From Candidatus Atabeyarchaeum deiterrae (GTDB lineage: Archaea > Asgardarchaeota > Atabeyarchaeia > Atabeyarchaeales > Atabeyarchaeaceae), in assembly GCA_037310415.1 (NCBI GenBank), contig CP147780.1:1088001-1152000 (forward strand): a stretch of 64,000 nucleotides of DNA, written 5' to 3'. The notes under the pieces were generated by a model. The model did not search any database, was not told where the DNA came from, and was given only the letters and a program-made list of their open reading frames with translations. Made by a program: the position numbers and the translations under genes. Positions within the stretch are counted from its first letter, which is position 1. Every line of letters starts with the position of its first letter. Below are positions 9,700 to 19,375 of the stretch, one piece after another.

Positions 9700-11565
9700 C
9701 TATTCTTCACTCTTTGTGATTTTATCGAATTCTTGAAGGCTCCAAACCTCTTCACATATCTTCTGATAGAGTTCTGTTCTTTCCAGTAAATCTCTCTTAC
9801 TGAAATGGTCGTGCGGCTTTAAAGGCAACCCCGATTGTTCCTTGTACTTTAGGAAGTTAGGATTCATGTTGTAGCAGTTCGGATTCAATGTTCTTGCAAG
9901 CAGATTCTGGGAGTCGTAATGTGGAAGCTTCTGCTCGTAAGGGAGATTGCCGTAGCTTTGATTAAACCCTTCTGGAACTAGGAGCAAGCCGCCTATCCTA
10001 TTTCTGAGTTCCTTAAACTCTTCCTCTGTTTTTGCCTCATTTTTGTGCTCCTCATAACTATCGGACCAAATGTGCTCGATTTGGTAGGGTTTAGCCAGTT
10101 CGCGACTGGTATATTCTCTAAACCTATTTGGCATCTTTGACTTCTGTTCCAAGTAGCTTGTTATTCTTGCGAGTAGCCAATGAATGAAACGCCTACGATT
10201 CTGGGTCAACTCCAGATCCTTCAATCGATCAAACTTCTCACCAGAACTGGTTATCCTGTCCTTGAATATCTGGGAAAGTTGCCCGACATCCTTGTCGCGT
10301 ATCTCTTTGAGCAGGTTAAACATGGAATAGCTAATGGAATTGTAGGCTAAGGTCTTGTTGTTGACTGATCTGAGCACTATGTACGTCTCTAGGAATCTTG
10401 AAACTAGCTGCAGTTTCCTCTTCATTGTGTTCTCATCGTCAGTCTTCTTGATTGTTGCAATAAGTAGCGGGTAGCTAAGAGTAAAGCCTCTTTTGCCTAT
10501 GTAATACATCGTCTCTGAATCTGGAGCGAGCTCCCTTTCGGCGGCATGTATTCGACGGTACAGCTTCGCATAGAATGGCACATCGTCTTTGATAAGCTCA
10601 ACGAAATCTTTCTCAGTCTTTAGACCTATACTGTCTCTGTTATCTCTTAGCCAACTGTGTAGTCCTGCGCCAATCTTTTCAAAGTCATCGTAAGGATTGC
10701 CAGTAGTTCCCTGTTTCTCTGCGTACTTTGCTCTAAGCCAAGTCTTGAAGAACTCTATGTCTTCGGCGTAACCAATTTCGCTGAGTTCCAGGACCGTCTT
10801 TTTCCATGTTTCATTAAGTGCTTTTTGCTGTTCACCATCATTTATGCTAGATAGAAGATAGCCTTTCAACATTTCAACGGATGTGAGATCGAGACCTCTG
10901 TTATTCATCGTTTCAAATATCTGGTAAGCGTCCTCATCGGAGTATGTGACAATCTCGACTAGCACTACATTCTCCATTAGCCAGTCTATGAAGTATGGCA
11001 GCGCCTTTGCTTTCAATTCTGGAGGAAACAGTTCATCTATGTCGCCATATCTCTCTATGATGTTCTTTACGGATTCACCCTTGCCTTCCACATCGTACGT
11101 CGCTTGGCTATTGTTATAGAGTGCGTCTATGCAGTCCTTCCTGTCATCGATTTGTAAATTGTATGATTTTTCTCCATACATCTCCGAGAATATCATGTCG
11201 TTGACCCAGACCTGATCTGACCTGTTTTTCTGCAGGTTGTTCAGGTATATCAAAAGCAGGGTCAAGGAAGTCAGGCGTTGCTGCCCATCAATGATGAATT
11301 TCAAGTCACCTTTCTGGCTCAGAATGATGGGTCCGAGAAAGTAATGTCTGTACTTCTGGACATCCTTCCTTTGGTGGTTTTCTCGGTAGCTGATTGTGAA
11401 TCTCCCGGTTAAGTCCGACAGTAGTTGCTCGATGTGGGGCCTTTCCCATTTGTATTCTCTTTGGAAGACATCAACCGTGTATTTCGCTTTGTCTAGAAGT
11501 TGCCGGACTGTCCTCTCGTTAGCATCTATCTTATTGATTTTCGCATCCACCTTTGACGCCCCCAT
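9700..11565 (-). CDS. gmrSD: GmrSD-family type IV (modification-dependent) restriction endonuclease, DUF262+DUF1524
   Basis: FQREYKW, IIDGQQRLTSL and FETMNNRG (DUF262); IEHIW...NRIGGLLLV...N (HNH-type DUF1524). Confidence 0.9.
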   Translation of the reverse strand: MGASKVDAKINKIDANERTVRQLLDKAKYTVDVFQREYKWERPHIEQLLSDLTGRFTISYRENHQRKDVQKYRHYFLGPIILSQKGDLKFIIDGQQRLTSLTLLLIYLNNLQKNRSDQVWVNDMIFSEMYGEKSYNLQIDDRKDCIDALYNNSQATYDVEGKGESVKNIIERYGDIDELFPPELKAKALPYFIDWLMENVVLVEIVTYSDEDAYQIFETMNNRGLDLTSVEMLKGYLLSSINDGEQQKALNETWKKTVLELSEIGYAEDIEFFKTWLRAKYAEKQGTTGNPYDDFEKIGAGLHSWLRDNRDSIGLKTEKDFVELIKDDVPFYAKLYRRIHAAERELAPDSETMYYIGKRGFTLSYPLLIATIKKTDDENTMKRKLQLVSRFLETYIVLRSVNNKTLAYNSISYSMFNLLKEIRDKDVGQLSQIFKDRITSSGEKFDRLKDLELTQNRRRFIHWLLARITSYLEQKSKMPNRFREYTSRELAKPYQIEHIWSDSYEEHKNEAKTEEEFKELRNRIGGLLLVPEGFNQSYGNLPYEQKLPHYDSQNLLARTLNPNCYNMNPNFLKYKEQSGLPLKPHDHFSKRDLLERTELYQKICEEVWSLQEFDKITKSEE

Positions 11566-12044
11566 TTCCTCACGAAGAACGAAGTACAGGATCAGTAATG
11601 GGAGATTATAATGGTTGCGTCTTTACTGAGACTTTCGCAATTGGGTGCAGCGAGCGTCAGATGGTCCAAACTCGATAGATATTCTTGCTTGGGGCGCATG
11701 ACCCATGGATGATTTCGCTTTTCTTGTTTTTGTTTGTTTTCAGGTGGGATTGATCGTTGGACGTCGATGATATTCTGGATCATTCATGAAGTGTAAAGGT
11801 GGCGGCTTCCCGTTGGGGTTTCTTGATTGTGGTTTGTGTTCGTGATCTGATTTGGTTCGACGCTTTGACTGGTTTTTTCTTGGAGCAAGATATATAAGTT
11901 GCGTTCTCACAGGCGCGGTATGCGATTCCCGCTCAGAACTGGATTGATAGGAACCTGTCAGGGCACTTTGAACACAAAGGGGAATTTTCTTCATTCCTTC
12001 AAGAAGAGGATTATTGGCAATTAGCGGAAATATGAGTGATTAAT

Positions 12045-13085
12045 ATGAGTAGAAAATTCGTCGATCGAGCGGTGTTACTTCAGAGTAGTGAAGAACTGTG
12101 TGAAGTAGCATCGATCCCGTCTATCTTTGGCAATAATCTGCGTAACATCAAGACACGTCTTTGTAGCCAAGATTACACTGAACGAATGAGCGGCACATCC
12201 TCGTTTCTAGGTAGCTTCATGAATAGATACGATAAAGCCCATTTGAGGGTTCTTTTCGAACTTGCTAAAGGTTCGAACGAATACTTTGAAGCAAATGAAT
12301 CCTTTTATCGTGATCACTTTGTTCATGCGATAGATGTTTTCCTTCTAGGGAACTATTTCATTCTGAAAGACAAGAAGTTGAGAGATGAAAGTAGAAAAAT
12401 GGTTGAGGCCACAGCATGGGCATACAACCTCCCGTATACGTGGATGCTACTTTGGGGTTTGACTGCTCTATTCCATGATTTAGCGTATTTATTTCAAAAG
12501 ATACGGTCGATACTTCCCATTCGTGCGGAAATTGATACTGCAACAGATCCTGAGTTAGCATTTTGGGATGAATTCCTGAAATCTCTAAGTGTAAGAGAGA
12601 GAGAATTTGTTGGATCTAAAATGGCGGAACTAGACCATGGCGTTCTAAGTGGAATGTGGCTCCTTAAGGAAGTGCGCAGACATTACTATGATTCCGATGA
12701 CGAGAGAAAAATGCTCTTTAGTAAACGGTTCTTTCCAGTTGGGAGGGCGATATGCCTGCATAACGTTGACAATCAACATCCGAACGTATCATTTGATATC
12801 TCTGACAATTTTCTCGGGTTTCTATTAGTGCTTTGTGATGAACTCCATGAGCAAGACAGAATACAAGGCAAGTTTTATTCTTGCGACATGATAGTGGATG
12901 AAACGCTACTCGAAAGTAATGAGATTGATGTGGAGCTGGTCTATCACGATGATCTTGAGGCGAATGATTTCAGGAATATGTGTGTCCGGAAATTTGATAA
13001 GCTTCAAAGATTAAGAGGGCATAAGGCCAGTATTAAGTTGACCGCGGAAAAACTGTGCAAATCTGAAACAATTACCTTGCTTTAG
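12045..13085 (+). CDS. HD-superfamily metal-dependent phosphohydrolase
   Basis: YRDHFVHAIDVFLLG, LFHDLAY, DHGVLS, AICLHN and LCDELHE metal-ligand pattern. Confidence 0.75.
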   Translation: MSRKFVDRAVLLQSSEELCEVASIPSIFGNNLRNIKTRLCSQDYTERMSGTSSFLGSFMNRYDKAHLRVLFELAKGSNEYFEANESFYRDHFVHAIDVFLLGNYFILKDKKLRDESRKMVEATAWAYNLPYTWMLLWGLTALFHDLAYLFQKIRSILPIRAEIDTATDPELAFWDEFLKSLSVREREFVGSKMAELDHGVLSGMWLLKEVRRHYYDSDDERKMLFSKRFFPVGRAICLHNVDNQHPNVSFDISDNFLGFLLVLCDELHEQDRIQGKFYSCDMIVDETLLESNEIDVELVYHDDLEANDFRNMCVRKFDKLQRLRGHKASIKLTAEKLCKSETITLL

Positions 13086-13418
13086 AATGAAAAGTCAAGA
13101 TCGTACTATTTGTGTCTATGTCAAGGGTCTCTGTTTGGTTCAAAGAGTGGATTTGACAGTATTGAGGAATGCTTTCAAGACCAAACGAAAAATGTTCATG
13201 CGATTGAGACAGGTCTGAGCTCCGATCCCATGATGAACCGGCGCCTCTGAGCACTGGACAAGTCTATTTTAGTCAGTAACATCGATTGCGGACACTTGAG
13301 GGTTGTGCTGGGGGCAAGTGGTCGGTGACGGTCCGGGCAAGGGAGGATTTAGCAAATAGAGCAATACGTTGTGGTAATACTGTTCTCGTGAATGCGTTAA
13401 AGGAGAGATAAAGATTCC

Positions 13419-14117
13419 ATGACGACAGAAATTCTGCAAGAAGGGATTGTCTCCTTAACAAAAAGCAGAGATGTTTTTAGATCTTATGTCAAAAAGTCTC
13501 ATGAAAGGTTGACTGATTTCCCAAATTCAAGTTATTATTTCCATAAGAAGGTCATAGACATGATTAGGACGAGTGACTACGATGAATTACTTAGCAATGA
13601 TTTGTTCTTCGAATTTGTGTACGCCACATTGTCCTCGTGGGGATTGGACAGAATGGATGGAGGAGCGAGGTTAGAAGAGTTCATCGTCTTCAGAAAATGT
13701 GTCTTAGATAGCTCTGACTTTTTGAGGAACTTGTGCAAAGCAAGATTGAACAAACTCGATGACAAAGAACGAGAGGAAACGAAAAGTAAGTTGGCAGTTC
13801 TCTTTGACAAACTGGGGGGAGTGATGAAGACCGAAAGTAAGTTAGTCGGGGTTTCTAAGACTATGCACCACCTGTTGCCAGATCTAGTTCCACCAATTGA
13901 TAGAAAGCATACCGAGACCTTCTTCTACGGAAGACCAGTCAATAGGGCTCAGGAAAAGAAAGCATTCTTAGAGCTGTTTGATTGCTTTCACTTAATATGC
14001 AAGAAGTTGAACTTGAGTGAACGTGATTTGGAGGAAAAATGGGACACGTCGATTCCGAAGTTAATTGATAATGCCATAATCGGCTATGTTAAAGAGAAGT
14101 TACAGGATAAAGGCTAA
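13419..14117 (+). CDS. HhH-GPD-like DNA glycosylase-fold protein
   Basis: LSSWGLDR and VGVSKTMHHLLPDLVPPIDR (Lys followed by Pro-rich loop and Asp). Confidence 0.55.
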   Translation: MTTEILQEGIVSLTKSRDVFRSYVKKSHERLTDFPNSSYYFHKKVIDMIRTSDYDELLSNDLFFEFVYATLSSWGLDRMDGGARLEEFIVFRKCVLDSSDFLRNLCKARLNKLDDKEREETKSKLAVLFDKLGGVMKTESKLVGVSKTMHHLLPDLVPPIDRKHTETFFYGRPVNRAQEKKAFLELFDCFHLICKKLNLSERDLEEKWDTSIPKLIDNAIIGYVKEKLQDKG

Positions 14118-14385
14118 AGACAAGGCGTGAGAGAAACCTTCTCTTTTCTGCCCAGGTGGCGGTGAACTGGACAGTCAATATCCATTCAGTTGAAGACCTC
14201 GTATTTTCTTCTCGGTCATGATCCATGGGGTCTCTTCTCACAATGATCGGTGATAGGACCGATTTTGATTCAAGTTTGGCTGACTATTACCTGGCATTTA
14301 GTTAGCATCAAGTAGCTGCTTGTAAGCTAGTAACTTTCATATGGTTTAATGATGGATACTGTTGTGCATGAGGAGGCTGTAGAGC

Positions 14386-15339
14386 GTGGCAGTTAAAGTA
14401 TTGGGGAGTGATCTTTGGTCGACAATAACGAGTCTCTCTCGTCACTCCACGCGCAGATATGTTGCTGTCGCATACCTCGGGCAAGGAGCAAACAGACTTC
14501 TTCCACTAGGTAAAGGCGACTGCCTAGTTGTAAACATGAGTGAAAGCACGGTAAGGGGCGGCCAGACGAATCCTAGCGAGATCGAGAAATATCTGGCGAA
14601 GGGAGTGAACGTATTCACCTGTCTGAATCTTCATGCTAAAGCGTTTGTCTTCGACAGAATGGCAATAGTCTCTTCTGCCAACGTATCACAGCATTCCAAG
14701 CACGAATTGATAGAGATGGGCTTACTATGTAGAGACAGAGATGTAGTTAGCAGGGTTCGCGGGTGGATAAAATCCTTGCAAAGAGATCCCGTTTCTCCGG
14801 AGTACGTTAAGAGATGCAAGAGGCTATACAGACCGCCGAGAATGCATAACACTTCCAGCAAAGGAAGAGGAACTGCACTCCCGAGCTATTCAACAGTCTG
14901 GCTTCTAGGTAGTCTGCGACTCTATGAATTGACCGAGGAAGAAAAGTGCATCTGCAAACGTGACGTAGGGAACGCATCAAGGAGAATCCAGAATTCAGGA
15001 AGGTATCATGTAGAGGTGGTTCGACAACCTATGGAATCACATTTCTCGCAGCGCGTCGCCCCAGGGGATCAAGTGATCCAAGTAGTCTCGGACAAGAACA
15101 GAATCAGAGTTTACCCGCCATCTCGAGTACTAGCGATCACTAGACTGAAGGCCCCCAATGAACAAAAACTGAGGAACGTATTCGTTCACCTTGAGGAGCC
15201 GAACCATTTTCGTCCAATCGGTTGGAACTACTTCAAGAAAAAACTGGCGAAAGTTGGATTGAGGCGAATCACTGAGAACTCTCGATTAGAGGTCGAGACT
15301 TTGGAAGCGAAAAGCGTTGTGTTGGGACTCTGGAGCTAA
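14386..15339 (+). CDS. Phospholipase D-family nuclease with extra C-terminal domain
   Basis: LHAKAFVFD...SSANVS single HKD motif. Confidence 0.8.
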   Translation: MAVKVLGSDLWSTITSLSRHSTRRYVAVAYLGQGANRLLPLGKGDCLVVNMSESTVRGGQTNPSEIEKYLAKGVNVFTCLNLHAKAFVFDRMAIVSSANVSQHSKHELIEMGLLCRDRDVVSRVRGWIKSLQRDPVSPEYVKRCKRLYRPPRMHNTSSKGRGTALPSYSTVWLLGSLRLYELTEEEKCICKRDVGNASRRIQNSGRYHVEVVRQPMESHFSQRVAPGDQVIQVVSDKNRIRVYPPSRVLAITRLKAPNEQKLRNVFVHLEEPNHFRPIGWNYFKKKLAKVGLRRITENSRLEVETLEAKSVVLGLWS

Positions 15340-15677
15340 ATGGGACCATTTGTGCACCTGTGCGTTCTCAATAGAATGTATATTCGAGATGCAAGCGGGG
15401 AACCGCAGATGAGTCCATTGACATTCGAGTCACCGTCAAACGAGGCGGCGCAGGCAGAGTAGAGGTTTTGCGCGTCAATCTTGCTGGGCGCGAGGCGTTT
15501 CAGGATAGCTCTAAAAGTCTGGGTCGCTCATTCGATGGGTCGCTGCAATAACCAATTGCCAGCTAGATGCTTTCGCACGGAGCGGGTTTGAAAACCTTTA
15601 ATACTAGAGTAAGTTGATTTCAGTACTGTGTAAGTTCAGGCGGTGAGGGGAAGTTGTATTAATGTCAATGGAGGAGA

Positions 15678-18539
15678 TTGGTTTTGAAATCTGTGGCTGA
15701 AAGAGACATCCATGTGGAACTTTACCGAATACTCAAGAACTTCATTGATGAAGAGAAGTTTTCTTCCATGGGAATAGAGTTTACGGGTGTGAAGTATGAA
15801 CCGACGGTCAATGGGAGACCGGACCTAGTTCTTGAGGTTATTGAGAAAGGTAAGAGGTTACCTCTGCTCGTTATTGAGACCAAGCGTAAGGTCCCTTTCA
15901 TAGATCGCAGGTTTGATCCGTATAGCAAGGACGTTGTAAAGCAGGCTTCTGGTTACGCTGTGACTATGGGCTCCCCCTATTTTGCCACGTGCAACGGAGA
16001 CGTCCTAGTACTATTCGACACTTTTACAGCTGGCGTGCCTCTCCCTGAAAGAAGGCTCAAGCAGTTCAAGGTTTCATTTGATAGAGACTTCGCTAAGGTC
16101 CTTCTTGAGGAACTGTGCAGATTTAGGGTGGGTAAGGGCAAGTGGCTTGAGCTCAATGATGTATTTGTGCTAAGGCTTAGAACATTCCATACCTTCGTGT
16201 CTTCCTTCATTTTGGATTCACTTAAAGAGCAACTTAAACTGGACTTGGGTTTCAAGGATAGGTATGTGTCTTGGCTTAGATCTCAATTTTTCGAGTTTTC
16301 CTCGGACACCAATGAGAAGATCGCTGAACAGTTCGCGTATATGCTCATGAACAGGTTAACTTTCTATAAGACGCTTGAGACACAGATTCCGGATCTGCCG
16401 AAGTTGAGAAAAATAGAGACTGAGGATCCGAAAGCGTTTTCTGACAAGCTCAGGGAGACTCTCGTTAAGACTTGCAAGAGTTTTGACTATGAGGCGGTTC
16501 TAAAACCGCACGATGTACTCGATCAAATACCGTTGCCAAGGAAGTTAGTATACGCTTTCAACGACCTTATTGAGGAATTGGAAACATATGACTTGTCGAA
16601 GATTGAAAGCGACGTTATCGGAAGGGTCTACGAGGAACTCATCCCTGACGAAGAGAGACACAGGCTCGGACAGTACTACACACCTCCGCCCATAGTTGAG
16701 TTGATCACCGAGATGTGCATTAGGTCGCCCAGAGACAGGGTTCTTGACCCAGCTTGCGGGAGCGGAGGATTCCTTGTTAAAGCATATCACAAACTCAAGG
16801 AACTTAAGAAAAGGGATAACCCAATTGCAGACGACGCAACACTTCATCGGGAGATCTTGGACGAGGTATACGGAGTGGACATTAACCCGTTCCCTGGGCA
16901 GCTTTCTGCAATCAATCTTGCTGTCAGAAACCTCAAGGTCAGGACAAAGGTGATAAACGTAACCATAAGCGACTTCTTTTCATCTAACCTTACGGGTGGC
17001 TACATACCTAAGGACTTCGATGCGGTGGTGGCGAACCCTCCCTATACGCGCCAAGAAGAGATGGATCGAAAGAAGGAGATCAGGGAGATAGCATTAATCT
17101 GCTCCGATGGCTCAAAGATTGATATGGATTCAAGGGCTGGGATCTTCGCCTACTTCTTTACCCATGGTGCGAATTTCTTGAGGAATCATGGTATGATGGG
17201 GCAGATAACGTCTGACACTTGGCTCGATGTCGGCTTCGGGGAAGACTTAAAGAGATTCTTTCTGGACCACTTCAAAATAGACAGCGTTATTTGGTATGAC
17301 ATTCGAGCGTTTGAGAAAGCCCTCGTGGGAACATGTGTAACAACCTTGCAGAAGGAGGAGTCTAAGAAGAATAGAGAGGATAACGTAGTCAGATTTGTCA
17401 GGATTAAGAAATCCATGCCGACAGGAGCCATAGTCGAAAAGATCCAAACATCAGAGAAGGACTTCGAAGATGATCGCATCGGAGTAACGCTCAGGAGGCA
17501 AAGGGAACTAAGACCTGAGGACAAATGGGGAATAATACTTAGAGCTCCGACGATATATTATAGGATTCTGGGGAGTGAGAAAGTAGCCAAACTTGGTGAG
17601 ATCGCTTCGGTGAAGCGCGGTATCACAAGTGGTGCAAACGAGTTTTTCTACCTTGACAGAGGAAAGGTAAAACTCTGGTCTATAGAGAGAAAGTACTTGA
17701 AACCTATTGTAGTCTCTCCAAAGGAGAAGAAAATCCAAGTTAGGCCTGAGGATATTACCGAATGGGCTTTAATGGTCAACAAATCAAAAGATGAGCTCTC
17801 GCAGGAAGGGGCTAACGTACTGAAATACATTCGCTGGGGGGAAGAGCAGGAACCTGCCATCAAGGGCGGGAAGAGAGACGGTTCTACTGTAAAAGGCTAC
17901 CACAAACTGACTACTGTGAGCTACCATGACCCATGGTTCTATATTGGGGAACGCGAACCAGCACCCATACTACGAAGCAGAAGAATCTGGGAACGATGCA
18001 TCTATCTGCTGAATGAGGCTAACGCATTAGCAAACGATTCTCTGTTCGAGATACGTCCCAATGATGAAGGTGACGTGACCGTCCTCGCTGGTATACTCAA
18101 TTCCTCGATTACAGCTCTTGCTTCAGAGCTTGAAGGTCGTTTCTACGGTGGGGGCATCCTCGAACTCGAGGTTTACGAGACCAAAGCTATGACGGTTGTT
18201 GATCCAGGTAGGTTATCATCAGGAGAGAGGAGGCGAATTGAAGCTGCGTTTTCGAAGGTCTGTGAGGCTCAGAACAAAGGCAATGAGAAGATCGAGCGCG
18301 AAGCAAGATTACTCCTCGACTCGGTTGTTTTCGATGTTCTGGGACTAAAGGATAATGAAAGGACGCAGGTGTACGAGGGTATAGAACTACTTAGGACGAT
18401 GAGGATGGCGAGAAAAGATGTGGGGGTATTAGTTGAAACTGCGGAGAAGTGGGAGCCATGGAAACCAATGAAACTAAAGAGGACTGAGGATAAACCCTCA
18501 AAACGACTTGACGAATGGATGAGAAGGGAGGACTCGTGA
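15678..18539 (+). CDS. Type IIG restriction-modification enzyme (N-terminal endonuclease + N6-MTase + TRD)
   Basis: GRPDLVL...VIETKR nuclease motif; GQYYTP, VLDPACGSGGFL, VVANPPY. Confidence 0.9.
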   Translation: MVLKSVAERDIHVELYRILKNFIDEEKFSSMGIEFTGVKYEPTVNGRPDLVLEVIEKGKRLPLLVIETKRKVPFIDRRFDPYSKDVVKQASGYAVTMGSPYFATCNGDVLVLFDTFTAGVPLPERRLKQFKVSFDRDFAKVLLEELCRFRVGKGKWLELNDVFVLRLRTFHTFVSSFILDSLKEQLKLDLGFKDRYVSWLRSQFFEFSSDTNEKIAEQFAYMLMNRLTFYKTLETQIPDLPKLRKIETEDPKAFSDKLRETLVKTCKSFDYEAVLKPHDVLDQIPLPRKLVYAFNDLIEELETYDLSKIESDVIGRVYEELIPDEERHRLGQYYTPPPIVELITEMCIRSPRDRVLDPACGSGGFLVKAYHKLKELKKRDNPIADDATLHREILDEVYGVDINPFPGQLSAINLAVRNLKVRTKVINVTISDFFSSNLTGGYIPKDFDAVVANPPYTRQEEMDRKKEIREIALICSDGSKIDMDSRAGIFAYFFTHGANFLRNHGMMGQITSDTWLDVGFGEDLKRFFLDHFKIDSVIWYDIRAFEKALVGTCVTTLQKEESKKNREDNVVRFVRIKKSMPTGAIVEKIQTSEKDFEDDRIGVTLRRQRELRPEDKWGIILRAPTIYYRILGSEKVAKLGEIASVKRGITSGANEFFYLDRGKVKLWSIERKYLKPIVVSPKEKKIQVRPEDITEWALMVNKSKDELSQEGANVLKYIRWGEEQEPAIKGGKRDGSTVKGYHKLTTVSYHDPWFYIGEREPAPILRSRRIWERCIYLLNEANALANDSLFEIRPNDEGDVTVLAGILNSSITALASELEGRFYGGGILELEVYETKAMTVVDPGRLSSGERRRIEAAFSKVCEAQNKGNEKIEREARLLLDSVVFDVLGLKDNERTQVYEGIELLRTMRMARKDVGVLVETAEKWEPWKPMKLKRTEDKPSKRLDEWMRREDS

Positions 18540-19354
18540 TGTCACTAGTGAAGGAAACGCCTGAGGTAAGAAGCTGGATCTACGATACTCTTGAGGAGAG
18601 CAGATTACGATTGCCCCGGTTGGAGGGTTTCTCGGTTCGAGAAAAGAGGGTGACGGCGCTATTCGAAAGATTAAAATCGAGTATAGATGTCGAAAATTGG
18701 TCGGAAGAGGACATTGGTGACTGGCTGAATAATAAGGATGTCGAAGATAGCATTGACAGACTCATTCTCGCTGCTAATCTGGGAGTCCCTCTATACATCG
18801 TTCTCTGGTGTGACGAGGTACAGAAATTTCGGGTTCTCTCAGTGAGAATTGTCAAAGGAGAAGGAAAGGTCTTCACGAAAGACGAAAAGCTGTTCAAGTC
18901 ATTGGATGAGTTTGCACAATGGTTGGCTACTCTAAAGGGGATGCAGGTTTCGAAGAAATATAGAGAGAAAGAACGCCTGTCGGCTGTCGATAATTGGCTT
19001 AGAAAGAAGAAGATTCCTTGGCCGGGTAACTTGGACGGTTTCTTGGTGAATCGGAAGAAAGAGAAAGTCTTGGCTTTGTTCGAGGTAAGAAGGACACGCG
19101 TCAAGTCTGTACGAAAGCATGAACTGAATGATTTCTTCTATGACGATATGCAAGGCTGGGTAGCTCTCGATATCCTGAGAAAGCAATTGGATGTCCCGTT
19201 GTACATTATTACTTGGTCGAGCGATGAGACGCTACTGAAAATCCAAAAACTATTAAGGGTAACAAACACGGGGCTGGATCGCGGTGAAGAAGTGTTTATA
19301 GATGAGGGAAAGGTTGTACGCTGGTTTCTGCAGTCAATTTGGAAAGAGCAATGA
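18539..19354 (+). CDS. Putative PD-(D/E)XK-like nuclease with internal duplication
   Basis: WPGNLDGFL...LFEVRRT; two LxVPLYI(V/I)xW repeats; TGATG overlap with the upstream MTase. Confidence 0.55.
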   Translation: MSLVKETPEVRSWIYDTLEESRLRLPRLEGFSVREKRVTALFERLKSSIDVENWSEEDIGDWLNNKDVEDSIDRLILAANLGVPLYIVLWCDEVQKFRVLSVRIVKGEGKVFTKDEKLFKSLDEFAQWLATLKGMQVSKKYREKERLSAVDNWLRKKKIPWPGNLDGFLVNRKKEKVLALFEVRRTRVKSVRKHELNDFFYDDMQGWVALDILRKQLDVPLYIITWSSDETLLKIQKLLRVTNTGLDRGEEVFIDEGKVVRWFLQSIWKEQ

Positions 19355-19375
19355 ACTCTTGTTCTCTGGGGGGAG

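Noticed and set aside
11592-11994. Small ORFs between gmrSD and the HD gene
   Set aside because: Low-complexity T-rich sequence with no coherent frame or motif.
13215-13250. C/D-box sRNA candidate (CTGA...ATGATGA-10 nt-CTGA)
   Set aside because: Only one good C box; no second C/C' box in the correct position and no verified target.
6200-14230. Recurring CCATGG/CATGGG-like words in island intergenic regions as cassette recombination sites
   Set aside because: Short, also frequent inside coding regions, and without extended alignment.
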